Origin: an uncultured Bacilli bacterium
Lineage (GTDB): Bacteria; Bacillota_I; Bacilli_A; RF39; UBA660
NCBI GenBank assembly: GCA_934176955.1
Contig: CAKPOS010000002.1
Coordinates: 75,218 to 139,217, forward strand
Length of the DNA stretch: 64,000 nucleotides
Direction: 5' to 3'
Under the pieces are notes generated by a model. That model was not told where the DNA came from, did no database searches, and was given only the letters and a program-made list of their open reading frames with translations. The position numbers and the translations under genes were made by a program. Positions 38,786 through 48,524 of the stretch are shown here, one piece after another. How positions within the stretch are numbered: position 1 is the stretch's first letter; every line of letters starts with the position of its first letter.

Positions 38786-39229
38786 CTACATATTCATTAT
38801 ATTACTCTTTATTTTTTCAGTTACCTTAAAAAATATTTCTAGTTCTTCGTTTGAAATATTTTCTTTTAATTTTTCTTCAAATAATTGACGTTGTTTTAAC
38901 ATTTTGTTGTAATATCCTTTACAAGATGATGTTAATACGATTTGTTTTTTTCTGGCATCCTTCTTGCTATCTACTCTTTTGATTAAGCTATTTTTTTCCA
39001 TTGTATTTAAAATGCCAGATGTTGTTGACCGACGTGATTCAATTAGTTTTTCAATATCATTTTGATAAATAATTTTTTCTTTATTTTTAAAGAGATAGTG
39101 TAAAATTCTAAATTGAACTGGTGTCAATGTAAATGTCATTTTTAAATTTTTTGCTTTATTTATAATATGTCTGTTAATCATATTGTCCATACATTTTATT
39201 TCTAATGCAATATTTTGTTTTGGATTCAT
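38786..39229 (-). CDS. MarR family transcriptional regulator
   Basis: 147 aa. Winged-helix pattern LTPVQFRILHYL...NDIEKLIESRRSTTSGILNTMEKNSLIKR. Confidence 0.8.
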   Translation of the reverse strand: MNPKQNIALEIKCMDNMINRHIINKAKNLKMTFTLTPVQFRILHYLFKNKEKIIYQNDIEKLIESRRSTTSGILNTMEKNSLIKRVDSKKDARKKQIVLTSSCKGYYNKMLKQRQLFEEKLKENISNEELEIFFKVTEKIKSNIMNM

Positions 39230-39328
39230 TTTCCACCTCTTTTTGTAAGGTAACTAACATTAATGATTATACAAAAGATGATGATTTTTTGTCAATAGAA
39301 ATAGCTAAATATGGGAAATTATGGTATT

Positions 39329-39355
39329 AAAAAAACTGTATCTTCTTTTGATACA
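39329..39355 (-). terminator. intrinsic terminator downstream of the 39385-39960 gene
   Basis: Minus strand reads TGTATC-aaaagaa-GATACA followed by GTTTTTTT. Confidence 0.55.
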
Positions 39356-39384
39356 ATTTTGTATAAGTATTTTAAGTTTTAAAT

Positions 39385-39960
39385 TTATCCAATACTTTTT
39401 TCTTTTATTAATATTTTTTTCTTAATTTGGTTTTCCCTTTTGTATTTTTCACATTTAGATGCATATTTTGAATTAAAGAAATAACTATTATATTTCATAG
39501 AATTTACTTCCTTTTCAAAATTACAATCCTGTAACATAAATAATTGATTTGTTTTAAGATGCCGAATCATTTCATTGTATACAAATAAACTATATTCACA
39601 TCTATTTACTATCTCAAACATATTAAAAAATTCTTCTACTTTTTCATTGAAGATAGCAAATTCTTCTTTTTCTAAATTATTCATTAATTTATATAATTTT
39701 TTTAAATTAATTACTGCCTCTGTTCCTAATATTTCTTTGAAACAAGTCTTTAATTCTTGAATTGAATAAGTATCTGTAATTCCTATAGATAATAAATCCG
39801 ATTTTAAAATTTTTAAATCCAGTAAAAATTTTTTGAATTCAAATTCACTGATATCTTCTTTTAATTTCACTTTTAAAGTTACATAATTTTTTTCGTCTTC
39901 GTCGATATAACTTATGATTTTTGGATATTTTCCATTTAAATATAAAATTGTCTCTATCAT
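39385..39960 (-). CDS. hypothetical protein
   Basis: 191 aa. AAGGAGG SD upstream. I recognise no motif. Confidence 0.6.
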   Translation of the reverse strand: MIETILYLNGKYPKIISYIDEDEKNYVTLKVKLKEDISEFEFKKFLLDLKILKSDLLSIGITDTYSIQELKTCFKEILGTEAVINLKKLYKLMNNLEKEEFAIFNEKVEEFFNMFEIVNRCEYSLFVYNEMIRHLKTNQLFMLQDCNFEKEVNSMKYNSYFFNSKYASKCEKYKRENQIKKKILIKEKSIG

Positions 39961-39996
39961 AAAAATCCTCCTTGTACTATGATATACTGCTCATCA

Positions 39997-40157
39997 TTTT
40001 GACAACTACAACATTCTATTGTTTTAATTTATTTATATGTTAAATCAATAGAAGTGCTTTTTATTTTATTCTATTTTTTGCTTCTGTTTCTGCATTTATG
40101 CTTTAATGATAGAAAATCCATTGAAAAAGATATTTTGTTAATTTGTAGTTGTCAAAA
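39997..40157. repeat. 15-bp perfect inverted repeat TTTTGACAACTACAA (39997-40011) / TTGTAGTTGTCAAAA (40143-40157) around a 131-bp spacer
   Basis: Read directly. Each arm contains a TTGACA hexamer pointing into the spacer. Confidence 0.8.
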
Positions 40158-40261
40158 AAAGTGTAACTATTCACACCCTAAATTATAGGATATTCGCATT
40201 ACTTAAAATTTAGGACGTAAATAGTTATAAAAAAGTTTTAAAAGAGACAAAAAAAAGAATA

Positions 40262-41590
40262 CTATTCTGTACTCTTTTCATAAAAAGTTCCTGTTTCTTC
40301 AAAAAATACATTTGGAGATAATGTTCTTAACTTATCTAATATTCTTACCTTTTCATTTCCTTCTTTTATAGAAGTGTATTTCTCTTTTTGTTGACAGGGA
40401 ATAATTTTATATTGAAACTGTTTTTCATTGTTAATTATAAATTGAAATATTGCTGTGTCTTTTGTTTCATGATTAAAAATAAAATCTCCAAGATTATATA
40501 TGATGGCTTTTCCTTGATAAAAATCGATTCCTTGCAATGTATGGGCATGAGTTCCTACAATAAGGTCACTACCTGCTTCAATATATTGTTTTGCTGTTTC
40601 TACTTGAACATCTTCTAAACTACTTGAATCTTCTTTTCCCCAATGTAACAAGGTTATAACAATATCACTATTCTGTCTTACTTTTTTGATTTGCTGAATT
40701 AACAAACTAGGGTCATAGCATCGAAATACTCCGCCTGTATCATTTGTAGCTTCTGGCGTTAAAATTAATTTTTCTGCTCTTGTCGCGTTTAGAAATGCTA
40801 TTTTATACCCATTAACGATAAAGTAATATGGTTGTATAGCTTCATCAATATTTTTTCCTGCTCCTACATAAGGAATTTGAAAGTCTTTAAGAGCTTCTAG
40901 TGTATCTTGAAATGCTTTCTCTCCAAAATCATAGACGTGATTATTAGCAAGGGTTACCAAATCTACTCCCATTTCTTGATAAATACTAAGGTTATTTGGA
41001 GATGCTCTGAAGGTATAATACTTACCAGGCATTTTTTCTCCTCGGTTACTTATAGTAAATTCATTATTTGCTATTGTAAGTGTACTATTTTTTAAAATAT
41101 CTACCGTTTCTTCTGATAAAATACCATAAATATTTTTCCCTCTCTCTTGATATTTTGGAATAATATACCAATTATCTGCTAGGGAAACATCTCCTATAAA
41201 ACTAAGCTGTGCTTGATTTGTTGAAGTATTTACTTTCTGGATATTACTTGCATTAGAATAAATATTATTGTAATTATCTAGCAACACATTTAATGAAGAA
41301 TGATAAATATCATGCCAGATGTTTTCTTGATTATCACTTTTCAGTTTTTCTTTTAATAAAGATAATTTTTGATTCCCATATTCTTTTTCTAACCAATTCA
41401 AAAATGACTTATTTATTCTTTCTTCATGATTTTCTTCTAAAATTTCTTTAATTATGTTTTTTTCTTTAATTTTTGGATAACCTTTAGAATTCATATTTCT
41501 TTGTTTAAAGAAATATAAAAATATTAAGAAAACTAGAACAATAATTAATATTGTTAATAATACTACTATTAATTGTCTATTTTTTTTCAT
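40262..41590 (-). CDS. CapA/PGA_cap family metallophosphatase-like protein, membrane anchored
   Basis: 442 aa. N-terminal TM. LSFIGDVSLADNW, LANNHVYDFG, LHWGKE and GTHAHTLQG motifs. Confidence 0.8.
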   Translation of the reverse strand: MKKNRQLIVVLLTILIIVLVFLIFLYFFKQRNMNSKGYPKIKEKNIIKEILEENHEERINKSFLNWLEKEYGNQKLSLLKEKLKSDNQENIWHDIYHSSLNVLLDNYNNIYSNASNIQKVNTSTNQAQLSFIGDVSLADNWYIIPKYQERGKNIYGILSEETVDILKNSTLTIANNEFTISNRGEKMPGKYYTFRASPNNLSIYQEMGVDLVTLANNHVYDFGEKAFQDTLEALKDFQIPYVGAGKNIDEAIQPYYFIVNGYKIAFLNATRAEKLILTPEATNDTGGVFRCYDPSLLIQQIKKVRQNSDIVITLLHWGKEDSSSLEDVQVETAKQYIEAGSDLIVGTHAHTLQGIDFYQGKAIIYNLGDFIFNHETKDTAIFQFIINNEKQFQYKIIPCQQKEKYTSIKEGNEKVRILDKLRTLSPNVFFEETGTFYEKSTE

Positions 41591-41915
41591 ATAAAAATTC
41601 TGATGGGATTTCTTTTAGTTGAAGATAATCTCCTATTTTTAAATTTTTGAACGTGCCTAATGGCAATAAAATCGTAGTAGTCGCATTTTTTTCTTCGATA
41701 AAAGTATTTTCATGCATATCTCTTTTTATATATAGTATTTTTAAATTATCATCTGTCATTACAACATCAATTCTTTGTTTATTGGATATTGAACTATATC
41801 GGTTACATTTTTTAATCATAATTGCGTAATATAATTTTTGAAAGTGATATTTTAGAAGGTTAGGATTTGTTGTGCTCGTTACCATTATTTCAGTATTTTG
41901 ATACTCTATTTTCAT
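41577..41915 (-). CDS. small DUF192-like protein
   Basis: The likely start is MKIEYQNTEIM (ATG 41915). The track start at 41984 would overlap the xfp 3' end by 50 nt. The pattern ...QRIDVVMTDDNLKILYIK... resembles DUF192. It overlaps the capA-like start by 14 nt. Confidence 0.5.
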   Translation of the reverse strand: MKIEYQNTEIMVTSTTNPNLLKYHFQKLYYAIMIKKCNRYSSISNKQRIDVVMTDDNLKILYIKRDMHENTFIEEKNATTTILLPLGTFKNLKIGDYLQLKEIPSEFLYEKK

Positions 41916-41934
41916 TTTAAAAAAAATTAATAAT

Positions 41935-44274
41935 TTATTTACCTTTCCATTGCCAATTTTGAATTTCTGGCATATCTTTTCCATGCTCGTAGATATATTG
42001 TTTATGAATGACTAATTTATCTTTACATAGTTGATTTAAAAGAGCCCCCCTGTTTCCTAACTGTGGAAGATGTTTTAAAGCGGCTAAAACAAGATGATAT
42101 CTATCTATTCCATTTTGAACACACATGTCAAATCTAGTGGTAATTGTTCCTTCTTCTTTATATCCATGAACATGCATATCTTTGTTGTTTCTTTTATAAG
42201 TTAGTTGATGAATTAAATTTGGATATCCATGAAAAGCAAAGATAATTGGTTTATTTTTCGTAAATAAGGCATCATAATCTTCATCAGTTAATCCATGAGG
42301 ATGTTCTGTATTAGATTGTAGTCGCATTAAATCTACAACATTTACTACTCTAATTTTTAACTCTGGAAAATATTCTCTTAAAATAGAAGTTGCTGCTAAA
42401 GTTTCTAATGTTGGAGTATCTCCACAACAAGCCATAACAATATCTGGTTCTTGATTTTCATCATTACTTGCCCATTTCCATATTCCAATTCCTTGAGTAC
42501 AATGAATCACTGCTTCATTCATATTTAACCATTGTGGTCTTGGATGTTTTGAGGCTACAATGACATTGATATAATCTTTACTTTTCATACAATGTTCAAA
42601 ACAAGATAATAAACAATTCGTATCTGGTGGCAAATAAATTCTTACAATATCTGCTTTTTTTGTCACTAAATGATTTAAAAATCCTGGATCTTGATGGGTA
42701 TAACCATTGTGATCTTGTTGCCATACATGAGAAGTAAGAATGTAATTTAATGATGATATTTTTTGTCTCCATGGCAATTGTTTGCATACTTTTAGCCATT
42801 TTGCATGCTGACTTGCCATAGAATCGACTATTCTAATAAATGCCTCATAACTTGTGAAAAATCCATGTCTTCCTGTTAATAAATATCCTTCTAACATGCC
42901 TTGGCAGACATGCTCTGATAAAATAGAATCAATAACTATTCCACTACAATCTAAAAACTCATCACTATCTTTTTTTAAAGCATTCCATTTTCGATTAGTT
43001 TCTTCAAAAACATAATTCAAACGATTAGATAAAGTTTCATCAGGGGCAAATATTCTAAAATTATGTTTCTCTTTATTTAATTTAATAACATCTTTAATGT
43101 ACTTTCCTAATTCTATCATGTCTTGTGCCTGGGTTTTTCCATGTTCTGTGACATCAACACCGTATTCACGAAAATCTGGCAAATTTAATTCTTTTAATAA
43201 TTTTCCTCCATTTGCATTTGGATTTGCTCCCATTCTTTGGTCCCCTACAGGTGCTAATTCTTGTAATTCTTTAATTAAAGTTCCGTTTTTATCAAATAAT
43301 TCTTCTGGTTTATAACTTCTTAACCAAGATTCTAATATTTCTAAGTTTTCTTTATGGTCTTCATCAACAATTACTGGTACTTGATGTGCTCGAAATGAAC
43401 CTTCTATTTTCTTTCCATCAACTTCCTTTGGACCAGTCCAACCTTTTGGGGTTCTTAAAATAATCATTGGCCAAATTGGTCTTTTTGTTGTTTTTCGATA
43501 TTTAATATCTTTAATTTTTTCAATGACTTCATCTAAGACTTCTGCCATTCTTTTATGCATAGTCATTGGATTATCTCCCTCTACGTAGTAAGGAAGATAC
43601 CCACTTCCTCTAAAGTAATCATCTAATTCCATATCACTGATTCTAGAAAAAATGGTTGGATTTGCGATTTTATAACCATTTAAATGTAATATTGGTAATA
43701 CTACTCCATCTGTTTTAGGATTCATAATTTTATTAATTTGTAAGGATGCTTGAAGAGGACCAGTTTCTAATTCTCCATCTCCGATAACACATGCAGCAAT
43801 TAAACTAGGATTATCTAGAACTGCTCCATAAGCGTGAGATAAACTGTATCCTAATTCTCCTCCTTCATTGATGGAGCCAGGATTTTCTGGAGCGGCATGT
43901 GAAGAGATTCCTCCAGGAAAAGAAAATTGTTTAAATAATTTTTTTAATCCGTCTTCATCTTGAGTAATAGCAGGATATATTTCGGTATAGCTTCCTTCTA
44001 AATAAGTATTTGAAACTGTCACTTGTCCTCCATGACCAGGTCCTGAAATATATATCATGTTAAGATTATATTTTTTGATTACTCGATTTAAGTGAGTATA
44101 AATAAAGTTTTGTCCTGGCACAGTTCCCCAATGACCTACTACATTTGGCTTGATATCTTTTAAGGTTAATTTTCTTTTTAATAATGGATTATCTAGCAAA
44201 TACATTTGACAGGCAGACAAATAGTTTGCCGCTCTAAAATAAGCATCTATTTTTTTTAATTCTTTTGTTTCCAT
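41935..44274 (-). CDS. xfp: xylulose-5-phosphate/fructose-6-phosphate phosphoketolase
   Basis: About 780 aa. Conserved N-terminus [12 protein letters not shown]...[11 protein letters not shown]. The start at ATG 44274 is preferred (GGAGA 6 nt upstream). The ATG at 44286 is part of that SD. Confidence 0.93.
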   Translation of the reverse strand: METKELKKIDAYFRAANYLSACQMYLLDNPLLKRKLTLKDIKPNVVGHWGTVPGQNFIYTHLNRVIKKYNLNMIYISGPGHGGQVTVSNTYLEGSYTEIYPAITQDEDGLKKLFKQFSFPGGISSHAAPENPGSINEGGELGYSLSHAYGAVLDNPSLIAACVIGDGELETGPLQASLQINKIMNPKTDGVVLPILHLNGYKIANPTIFSRISDMELDDYFRGSGYLPYYVEGDNPMTMHKRMAEVLDEVIEKIKDIKYRKTTKRPIWPMIILRTPKGWTGPKEVDGKKIEGSFRAHQVPVIVDEDHKENLEILESWLRSYKPEELFDKNGTLIKELQELAPVGDQRMGANPNANGGKLLKELNLPDFREYGVDVTEHGKTQAQDMIELGKYIKDVIKLNKEKHNFRIFAPDETLSNRLNYVFEETNRKWNALKKDSDEFLDCSGIVIDSILSEHVCQGMLEGYLLTGRHGFFTSYEAFIRIVDSMASQHAKWLKVCKQLPWRQKISSLNYILTSHVWQQDHNGYTHQDPGFLNHLVTKKADIVRIYLPPDTNCLLSCFEHCMKSKDYINVIVASKHPRPQWLNMNEAVIHCTQGIGIWKWASNDENQEPDIVMACCGDTPTLETLAATSILREYFPELKIRVVNVVDLMRLQSNTEHPHGLTDEDYDALFTKNKPIIFAFHGYPNLIHQLTYKRNNKDMHVHGYKEEGTITTRFDMCVQNGIDRYHLVLAALKHLPQLGNRGALLNQLCKDKLVIHKQYIYEHGKDMPEIQNWQWKGK

Positions 44275-44340
44275 ATTTTTCTCCATTTCTATATTAGTTA
44301 AAAAAAGTCCACTTCTGAACTTTTTTTTGATTTTATAAAA

Positions 44341-45033
44341 TTACTGATCAATACTTTCCAATTTTTTATCTAAATCATCTATAATTGTTTGAAGTCTATC
44401 ATAATTTACTTTTAAATTTTCTTGTTCTTTTTTTATTCTACTCTCTTCACTAGTTTTATAATGAATAAATTTTTGCTTTTCATGAGATAATCTTTCTTTA
44501 TCTTTTTCTAGTTCAGCACTTGATTTATGAATGCTCACTCTCATTTCTTTTAGCTCATCAATGTACTTATTTATTTCACCTACTCTAGTTTGTAGCGCAT
44601 CAAACAGTTCATCAAAATCAGATAATTTTTGTTCTTCAAATGATTCATTTTTTAGTTTAGGAGATAATTTTTCATTATTAATTAATCGATATTCGGTCCA
44701 AAATTGCTTTAAAGAGGCAACTTTTGGTTTAACAACAATACCTTTTTCAGCATAATTATTAAAATAAATTACATTATCAATTTCATTGTCGATTGGAGAG
44801 ATTTCTTTTATTCCTTCATACATTTGATTGATTCTCTCACGATATTCTTTGTGCTTTGAAAAGTTTGTCATTTTTACAGTTTCTTCTCTATCATTAACTT
44901 CAATACTGGGAGTTACTTTTTTTTCAGAAGAATCCAATTTTTCTGCTGTATTTAATTTTTTACCTTTCATCTCTCCTAAATTTGAAAACAAATTTTCTGG
45001 TAACTCTATATTTCTTATTTTGCTACTATACAT
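44341..45033 (-). CDS. hypothetical coiled-coil protein
   Basis: About 230 aa. The C-terminal half is heptad-rich and charged (ELEKDKERLSHEKQK...). The track start at 45042 is GTG. ATG 45033 follows a GGAGAG SD. It overlaps the upstream gene. Confidence 0.6.
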   Translation of the reverse strand: MYSSKIRNIELPENLFSNLGEMKGKKLNTAEKLDSSEKKVTPSIEVNDREETVKMTNFSKHKEYRERINQMYEGIKEISPIDNEIDNVIYFNNYAEKGIVVKPKVASLKQFWTEYRLINNEKLSPKLKNESFEEQKLSDFDELFDALQTRVGEINKYIDELKEMRVSIHKSSAELEKDKERLSHEKQKFIHYKTSEESRIKKEQENLKVNYDRLQTIIDDLDKKLESIDQ

Positions 45034-45310
45034 TATTCTCACTCTCCATACTGTATTTAGACATCAATTTCATTATTTCTTTTAACTTTTCCCATTCTGT
45101 TCCTTCACTGATATTTTCTATATATTGATTATTTTCTTTATTAGTGATTCTTCCGGAATAGATAATTGTGTTTCCACTTCTATCGTGTTCATTTTTAGTA
45201 TAAATTATATATTTTTTATTTAATTCTTTTACTTTAAAAGCACAAATTAATTCTACTTCTCCAACTTCCTTATAACCGTCAATTAATGTTATTATTCTAT
45301 TGTTTCCCAT
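45026..45310 (-). CDS. DUF1292-like small protein
   Basis: 94 aa. The pattern ITLIDGYKEVGEVELICAFKV..KKYIIYT....TEWEKLKEIM matches the DUF1292 layout. GGAGGAG SD upstream. Confidence 0.6.
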   Translation of the reverse strand: MGNNRIITLIDGYKEVGEVELICAFKVKELNKKYIIYTKNEHDRSGNTIIYSGRITNKENNQYIENISEGTEWEKLKEIMKLMSKYSMESENNV

Positions 45311-45393
45311 CTTATTCTCCTCCTATTATGAGTGTATTATACCATATATTTGATTTAATCACAAGTAAATAATTGATAAAATTATAAAGTGCG

Positions 45394-45426
45394 TTTTTGT
45401 TATGTAAACGATTTTTTTTGTTATGT
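45394..45426 (+). promoter_or_regulatory. pair of 12-nt direct repeats TTTTTGTTATGT phased 21 bp apart (LytTR/AgrA-type box candidates) upstream of agrB
   Basis: Repeats lie at 45394-45405 and 45415-45426. A third, related copy GCGTTTGTTATAAA is at 45484-45497. The agrB ATG is at 45528. Confidence 0.5.
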
Positions 45427-45527
45427 TTTAGTTAATTTTTTTCTTTATCGTTTGAAAAGTATATATATTAAGGTGATTTTTTAGCGTTTGTTATAAATTA
45501 AGATATAATTGAATCGTAGGTGATGAT

Positions 45528-46148
45528 ATGAAGAAAAAATTAATTAATTCTTCCATTCAAATATTAAAAAAAAGCAAAAAATATAGTGATGATCAAATAG
45601 AAATTATTATTTATGGATTAGAAGGGTTATATCTTACCTTTACTAAAATAATAATTATCTGTTTAGTATCCGTGCTATTAGGAGTGTTTAAGGAAGTATT
45701 TATTCTTTTAATTACCTATAATATTATTCGATCCCAAGCTTTTGGAATACACGCTAGTAAAAGTATTTATTGTTTAATCTCGTCTTTAATTTTCTTTGTT
45801 GGAGGAGCAATGATTTGTAAATATATAACCTTGCCATTATGGGAAATGATAATTATTGCTATTTTATGTGATATATGTTTATTTGTTTATGCCCCTGCTG
45901 ATACTAATAAACATCCTCTTATTAATTCAAAAAAAAGAAAAAGATTTAAGATTTTAAGTTTTAGCTTTGGATTGATATATACTTTTTTAATTGTTTATCT
46001 CAATGGGCATGATATTACAAAATATCTACTGTTAGGTATGTTAGAAGCTGTTTTAATGATTTTACCTATTACTTATCATACATTCAAAATGCCTTATAAC
46101 AATTACAAAAGATATTATAATAATGTTGAATTAATTAGTAATAATTAA
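45528..46148 (+). CDS. agrB: AgrB-type autoinducer-processing membrane peptidase
   Basis: 206 aa, multi-TM. RSQAFGIHASKSIYC has His and Cys 7 residues apart, as in staphylococcal AgrB H77/C84. Confidence 0.85.
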   Translation: MKKKLINSSIQILKKSKKYSDDQIEIIIYGLEGLYLTFTKIIIICLVSVLLGVFKEVFILLITYNIIRSQAFGIHASKSIYCLISSLIFFVGGAMICKYITLPLWEMIIIAILCDICLFVYAPADTNKHPLINSKKRKRFKILSFSFGLIYTFLIVYLNGHDITKYLLLGMLEAVLMILPITYHTFKMPYNNYKRYYNNVELISNN

Positions 46149-46188
46149 TTTTACATAAAACAAAAAAAATAAGAAGGAGGAACAAATT

Positions 46189-46311
46189 ATGAGTTTTATT
46201 GCAGATTTATTAGCAAAAATTGGAGGAGGAGCTGCAATTGCTGGAACAAAGGCTTGTTCATTTTTCATCATAGATGAACCAAAAATGCCAAAAAGTTTAA
46301 TTGAAAAATAG
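46189..46311 (+). CDS. agrD: AgrD-type autoinducing peptide precursor (40 aa)
   Basis: Not in the ORF track. My translation is MSFIADLLAKIGGGAAIAGTKACSFFIIDEPKMPKSLIEK*. It has an amphipathic leader, a single Cys, and an acidic E-P-x-x-P-x-x-L tail. AAGGAGG SD 8 nt upstream. Confidence 0.8.
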   Translation: MSFIADLLAKIGGGAAIAGTKACSFFIIDEPKMPKSLIEK

Positions 46312-46320
46312 CAAACATAA

Positions 46321-46350
46321 AAAAAGCACTAATTACAGGTGCTTTTTTTT
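46321..46350. terminator. bidirectional terminator between the convergent agrBD and agrAC units
   Basis: AAAAAGCAC-taattacag-GTGCTTTTTTTT. It overlaps the last codons of the agrC-like gene. Confidence 0.6.
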
Positions 46351-47645
46351 ACTATGATAGTTTGACTATAAATATCATTTTTTATATTTCTTTTCGTTTC
46401 AAAAATATTATTTTTTTGAACAATTTGATTAACTAACAATAAGCCATGTCCACGATTTTTCCCTTTGGTTGTGAAACTCTCTTTTCCTATTTTTTCTTCA
46501 TCAATTTCATTGTTATAAGTATTTGAAATAATCATTCTAAACTCATTTTCTAGGTTTGAATACGCCTCAATTCCTAATTCTTTATCTTCAGATTCTGAAC
46601 TAGCCTCAATAGCATTATCAATGAATACACCTAAAATTTTAGCAAATTCTCTTTGTTGTTTTAAATCCAAATCAAAAACTGTAGAATTTTTAATTTTTTT
46701 GGAAATATTAATCGATACTTTTATTCCTAATTCTTCTGCTTTTTGAACTTTAAAATAACATAGACCTTTAATTCCATTTGCGGGTAGGTAACCAAATTTT
46801 GCATATTTTTCTTTTTTTACAGAGTAAGTGTCACCTAGTATTTCATCAATATAATTAATAATCTCACTTTCTTTTTCTTTATCACATATTTTTGCTCTAA
46901 TTGCCAAAAATTCATTTTTAGTTTCATGTCGAAGAGTCCTTTGAGTTTCAACTTCTTCCTCATATGTTGTCATAAATTCAAGTAATTGATCATATTCTTT
47001 AGTAATTTTGTTATTAATTAATGTTTGTTTTATTAAATCTAATAATACTGATACTAATATTATAATAATCAGTATATATACCCAAAATTTTTGACTAATA
47101 CCATATTCCTGCCATATTTCATAAAAAAATATAAAAACACTTATTAATGTTAAACTAGAGAGAATGATTATTTTCTTATTGTTATCAATTTCTGTTTTTA
47201 CTAAATTTTGAAAATGTTTTTTTAATATTATCGTTATTATCACAAATAATATACAAGTGGTTAAATTTGCTACAATAGTTCCACCATACCAATTATAGCA
47301 AAAATTCATATCTAAATTTAAAATTTTGGTTATAAACACCATTTCTAACATCTCTGGTATTAATATTGTGATCATGTATATGCAAGTTAGAAAAAGAGAT
47401 TTTTTGTAATTTATTTTGAATTCCTTATTAATAAATATAATATTAATCAACGTAATTAAAAGAGATTTAATTGTATCATCAAAATTTAATTTAACTATTG
47501 TTTGTGGAATTGTAAATAATAGAATTAGTATTATATCTTTTAGTAAATTACTAGTATCTTTCTTTTCTAATACTATTCTTCCAAAAATGTATACTCCTAC
47601 CATCATTATTAATAATCCAATGTACTCACTAATAATTTGCCACAT
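46329..47645 (-). CDS. agrC: AgrC-like membrane sensor histidine kinase (GHKL, HPK10 type)
   Basis: 438 aa. About 6 N-terminal TM helices. H-box LRHETKNEF and ATP-lid TTKGKNRGHGL. Confidence 0.8.
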   Translation of the reverse strand: MWQIISEYIGLLIMMVGVYIFGRIVLEKKDTSNLLKDIILILLFTIPQTIVKLNFDDTIKSLLITLINIIFINKEFKINYKKSLFLTCIYMITILIPEMLEMVFITKILNLDMNFCYNWYGGTIVANLTTCILFVIITIILKKHFQNLVKTEIDNNKKIIILSSLTLISVFIFFYEIWQEYGISQKFWVYILIIIILVSVLLDLIKQTLINNKITKEYDQLLEFMTTYEEEVETQRTLRHETKNEFLAIRAKICDKEKESEIINYIDEILGDTYSVKKEKYAKFGYLPANGIKGLCYFKVQKAEELGIKVSINISKKIKNSTVFDLDLKQQREFAKILGVFIDNAIEASSESEDKELGIEAYSNLENEFRMIISNTYNNEIDEEKIGKESFTTKGKNRGHGLLLVNQIVQKNNIFETKRNIKNDIYSQTIIVKKSTCN

Positions 47646-48351
47646 ATTCTTTCAACTCCTTCTTCTTCCTATTGGATAGTAAATATACTGTTTCATTATT
47701 AAGAAAAGTTATTGTATTTTCTGAATAGTTTATTCGTTTAATCTTTTCCACATTAACAATACATGATTTGTGACATTGAAAGAAACTATGTCCTAGTTTT
47801 TCTGCAAGTTCTATTATTGACATGTTGGTTTCAAATTCTTCTCCATTTTCTGTTTTAATAATACACTTGGGAACATCTTGTATTTTTTCAATGTATAGGA
47901 TATCATCATATGGAATTCTATACAAATTTCTATTGAAACTATAAATAAATACTCCCTTCTTATTTAGTGTTTTGATGATATAATTCATTGTGTCTTCAAA
48001 TCTTGATGGCCATAGCTTATCTTTTGGAATATAATCTAGTGCTAATAGTCTAGAATAAAAGATGTCATTTTTGCATTCACTATGATTTGTTACAAATAAT
48101 ATTATGCTCTCTAAATCATTTTCTCTAATTTCTGATGCAATTTCTAATCCCGATACTTCTCCTAATTCAATATCTAAAATGTAAACTTTTTGTTCTCTTT
48201 CCTCGTTAATAATTTCATGAATAACCTTATTATATTCTGTAAATTCATTTATTTTATATTCAAAATTATAAGGCATCATTACTTTTGTTAGAATATTGTG
48301 AATTTTAGCTGAAAATTCCTTGTTATCTTCACAAATAATAAATCTTACCAT
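47629..48351 (-). CDS. agrA: LytTR-family response regulator (AgrA-like)
   Basis: 240 aa. A divergent REC-like N-terminal half (acidic pocket context VYILDIELGEVSG). C-terminal LytTR pattern FFQCHKSCIVNVEKI. Confidence 0.8.
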   Translation of the reverse strand: MVRFIICEDNKEFSAKIHNILTKVMMPYNFEYKINEFTEYNKVIHEIINEEREQKVYILDIELGEVSGLEIASEIRENDLESIILFVTNHSECKNDIFYSRLLALDYIPKDKLWPSRFEDTMNYIIKTLNKKGVFIYSFNRNLYRIPYDDILYIEKIQDVPKCIIKTENGEEFETNMSIIELAEKLGHSFFQCHKSCIVNVEKIKRINYSENTITFLNNETVYLLSNRKKKELKEYVANY

Positions 48352-48482
48352 AGTTCTATTCCCTCCTAGCGAACAAGTTCATTATATCATAAATTGATAG
48401 AAAAACTTGCTATCATATATTGAAATATCGGATTTGATGTCTAAAAGGGAAAAAATTTATCTATTAGATTACTTTTTTGATT

Positions 48483-48505
48483 AAAAAAAAATCCATATTT
48501 ATGGA
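48483..48505 (-). terminator. terminator downstream of ctpA
   Basis: Minus strand reads TCCATAAATATGGA followed by TTTTTTTTT. Confidence 0.45.
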
Positions 48506-48524
48506 ATTTTCTTCTTAAAATATA

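Noticed and set aside
40071-40121. A 16-codon minus-strand ORF (MDFLSLKHKCRNRSKK) inside the spacer of the 15-bp inverted repeat.
   Set aside because: It has no SD and is too short and featureless. I mention it only because it lies downstream of the putative inward-facing promoter.
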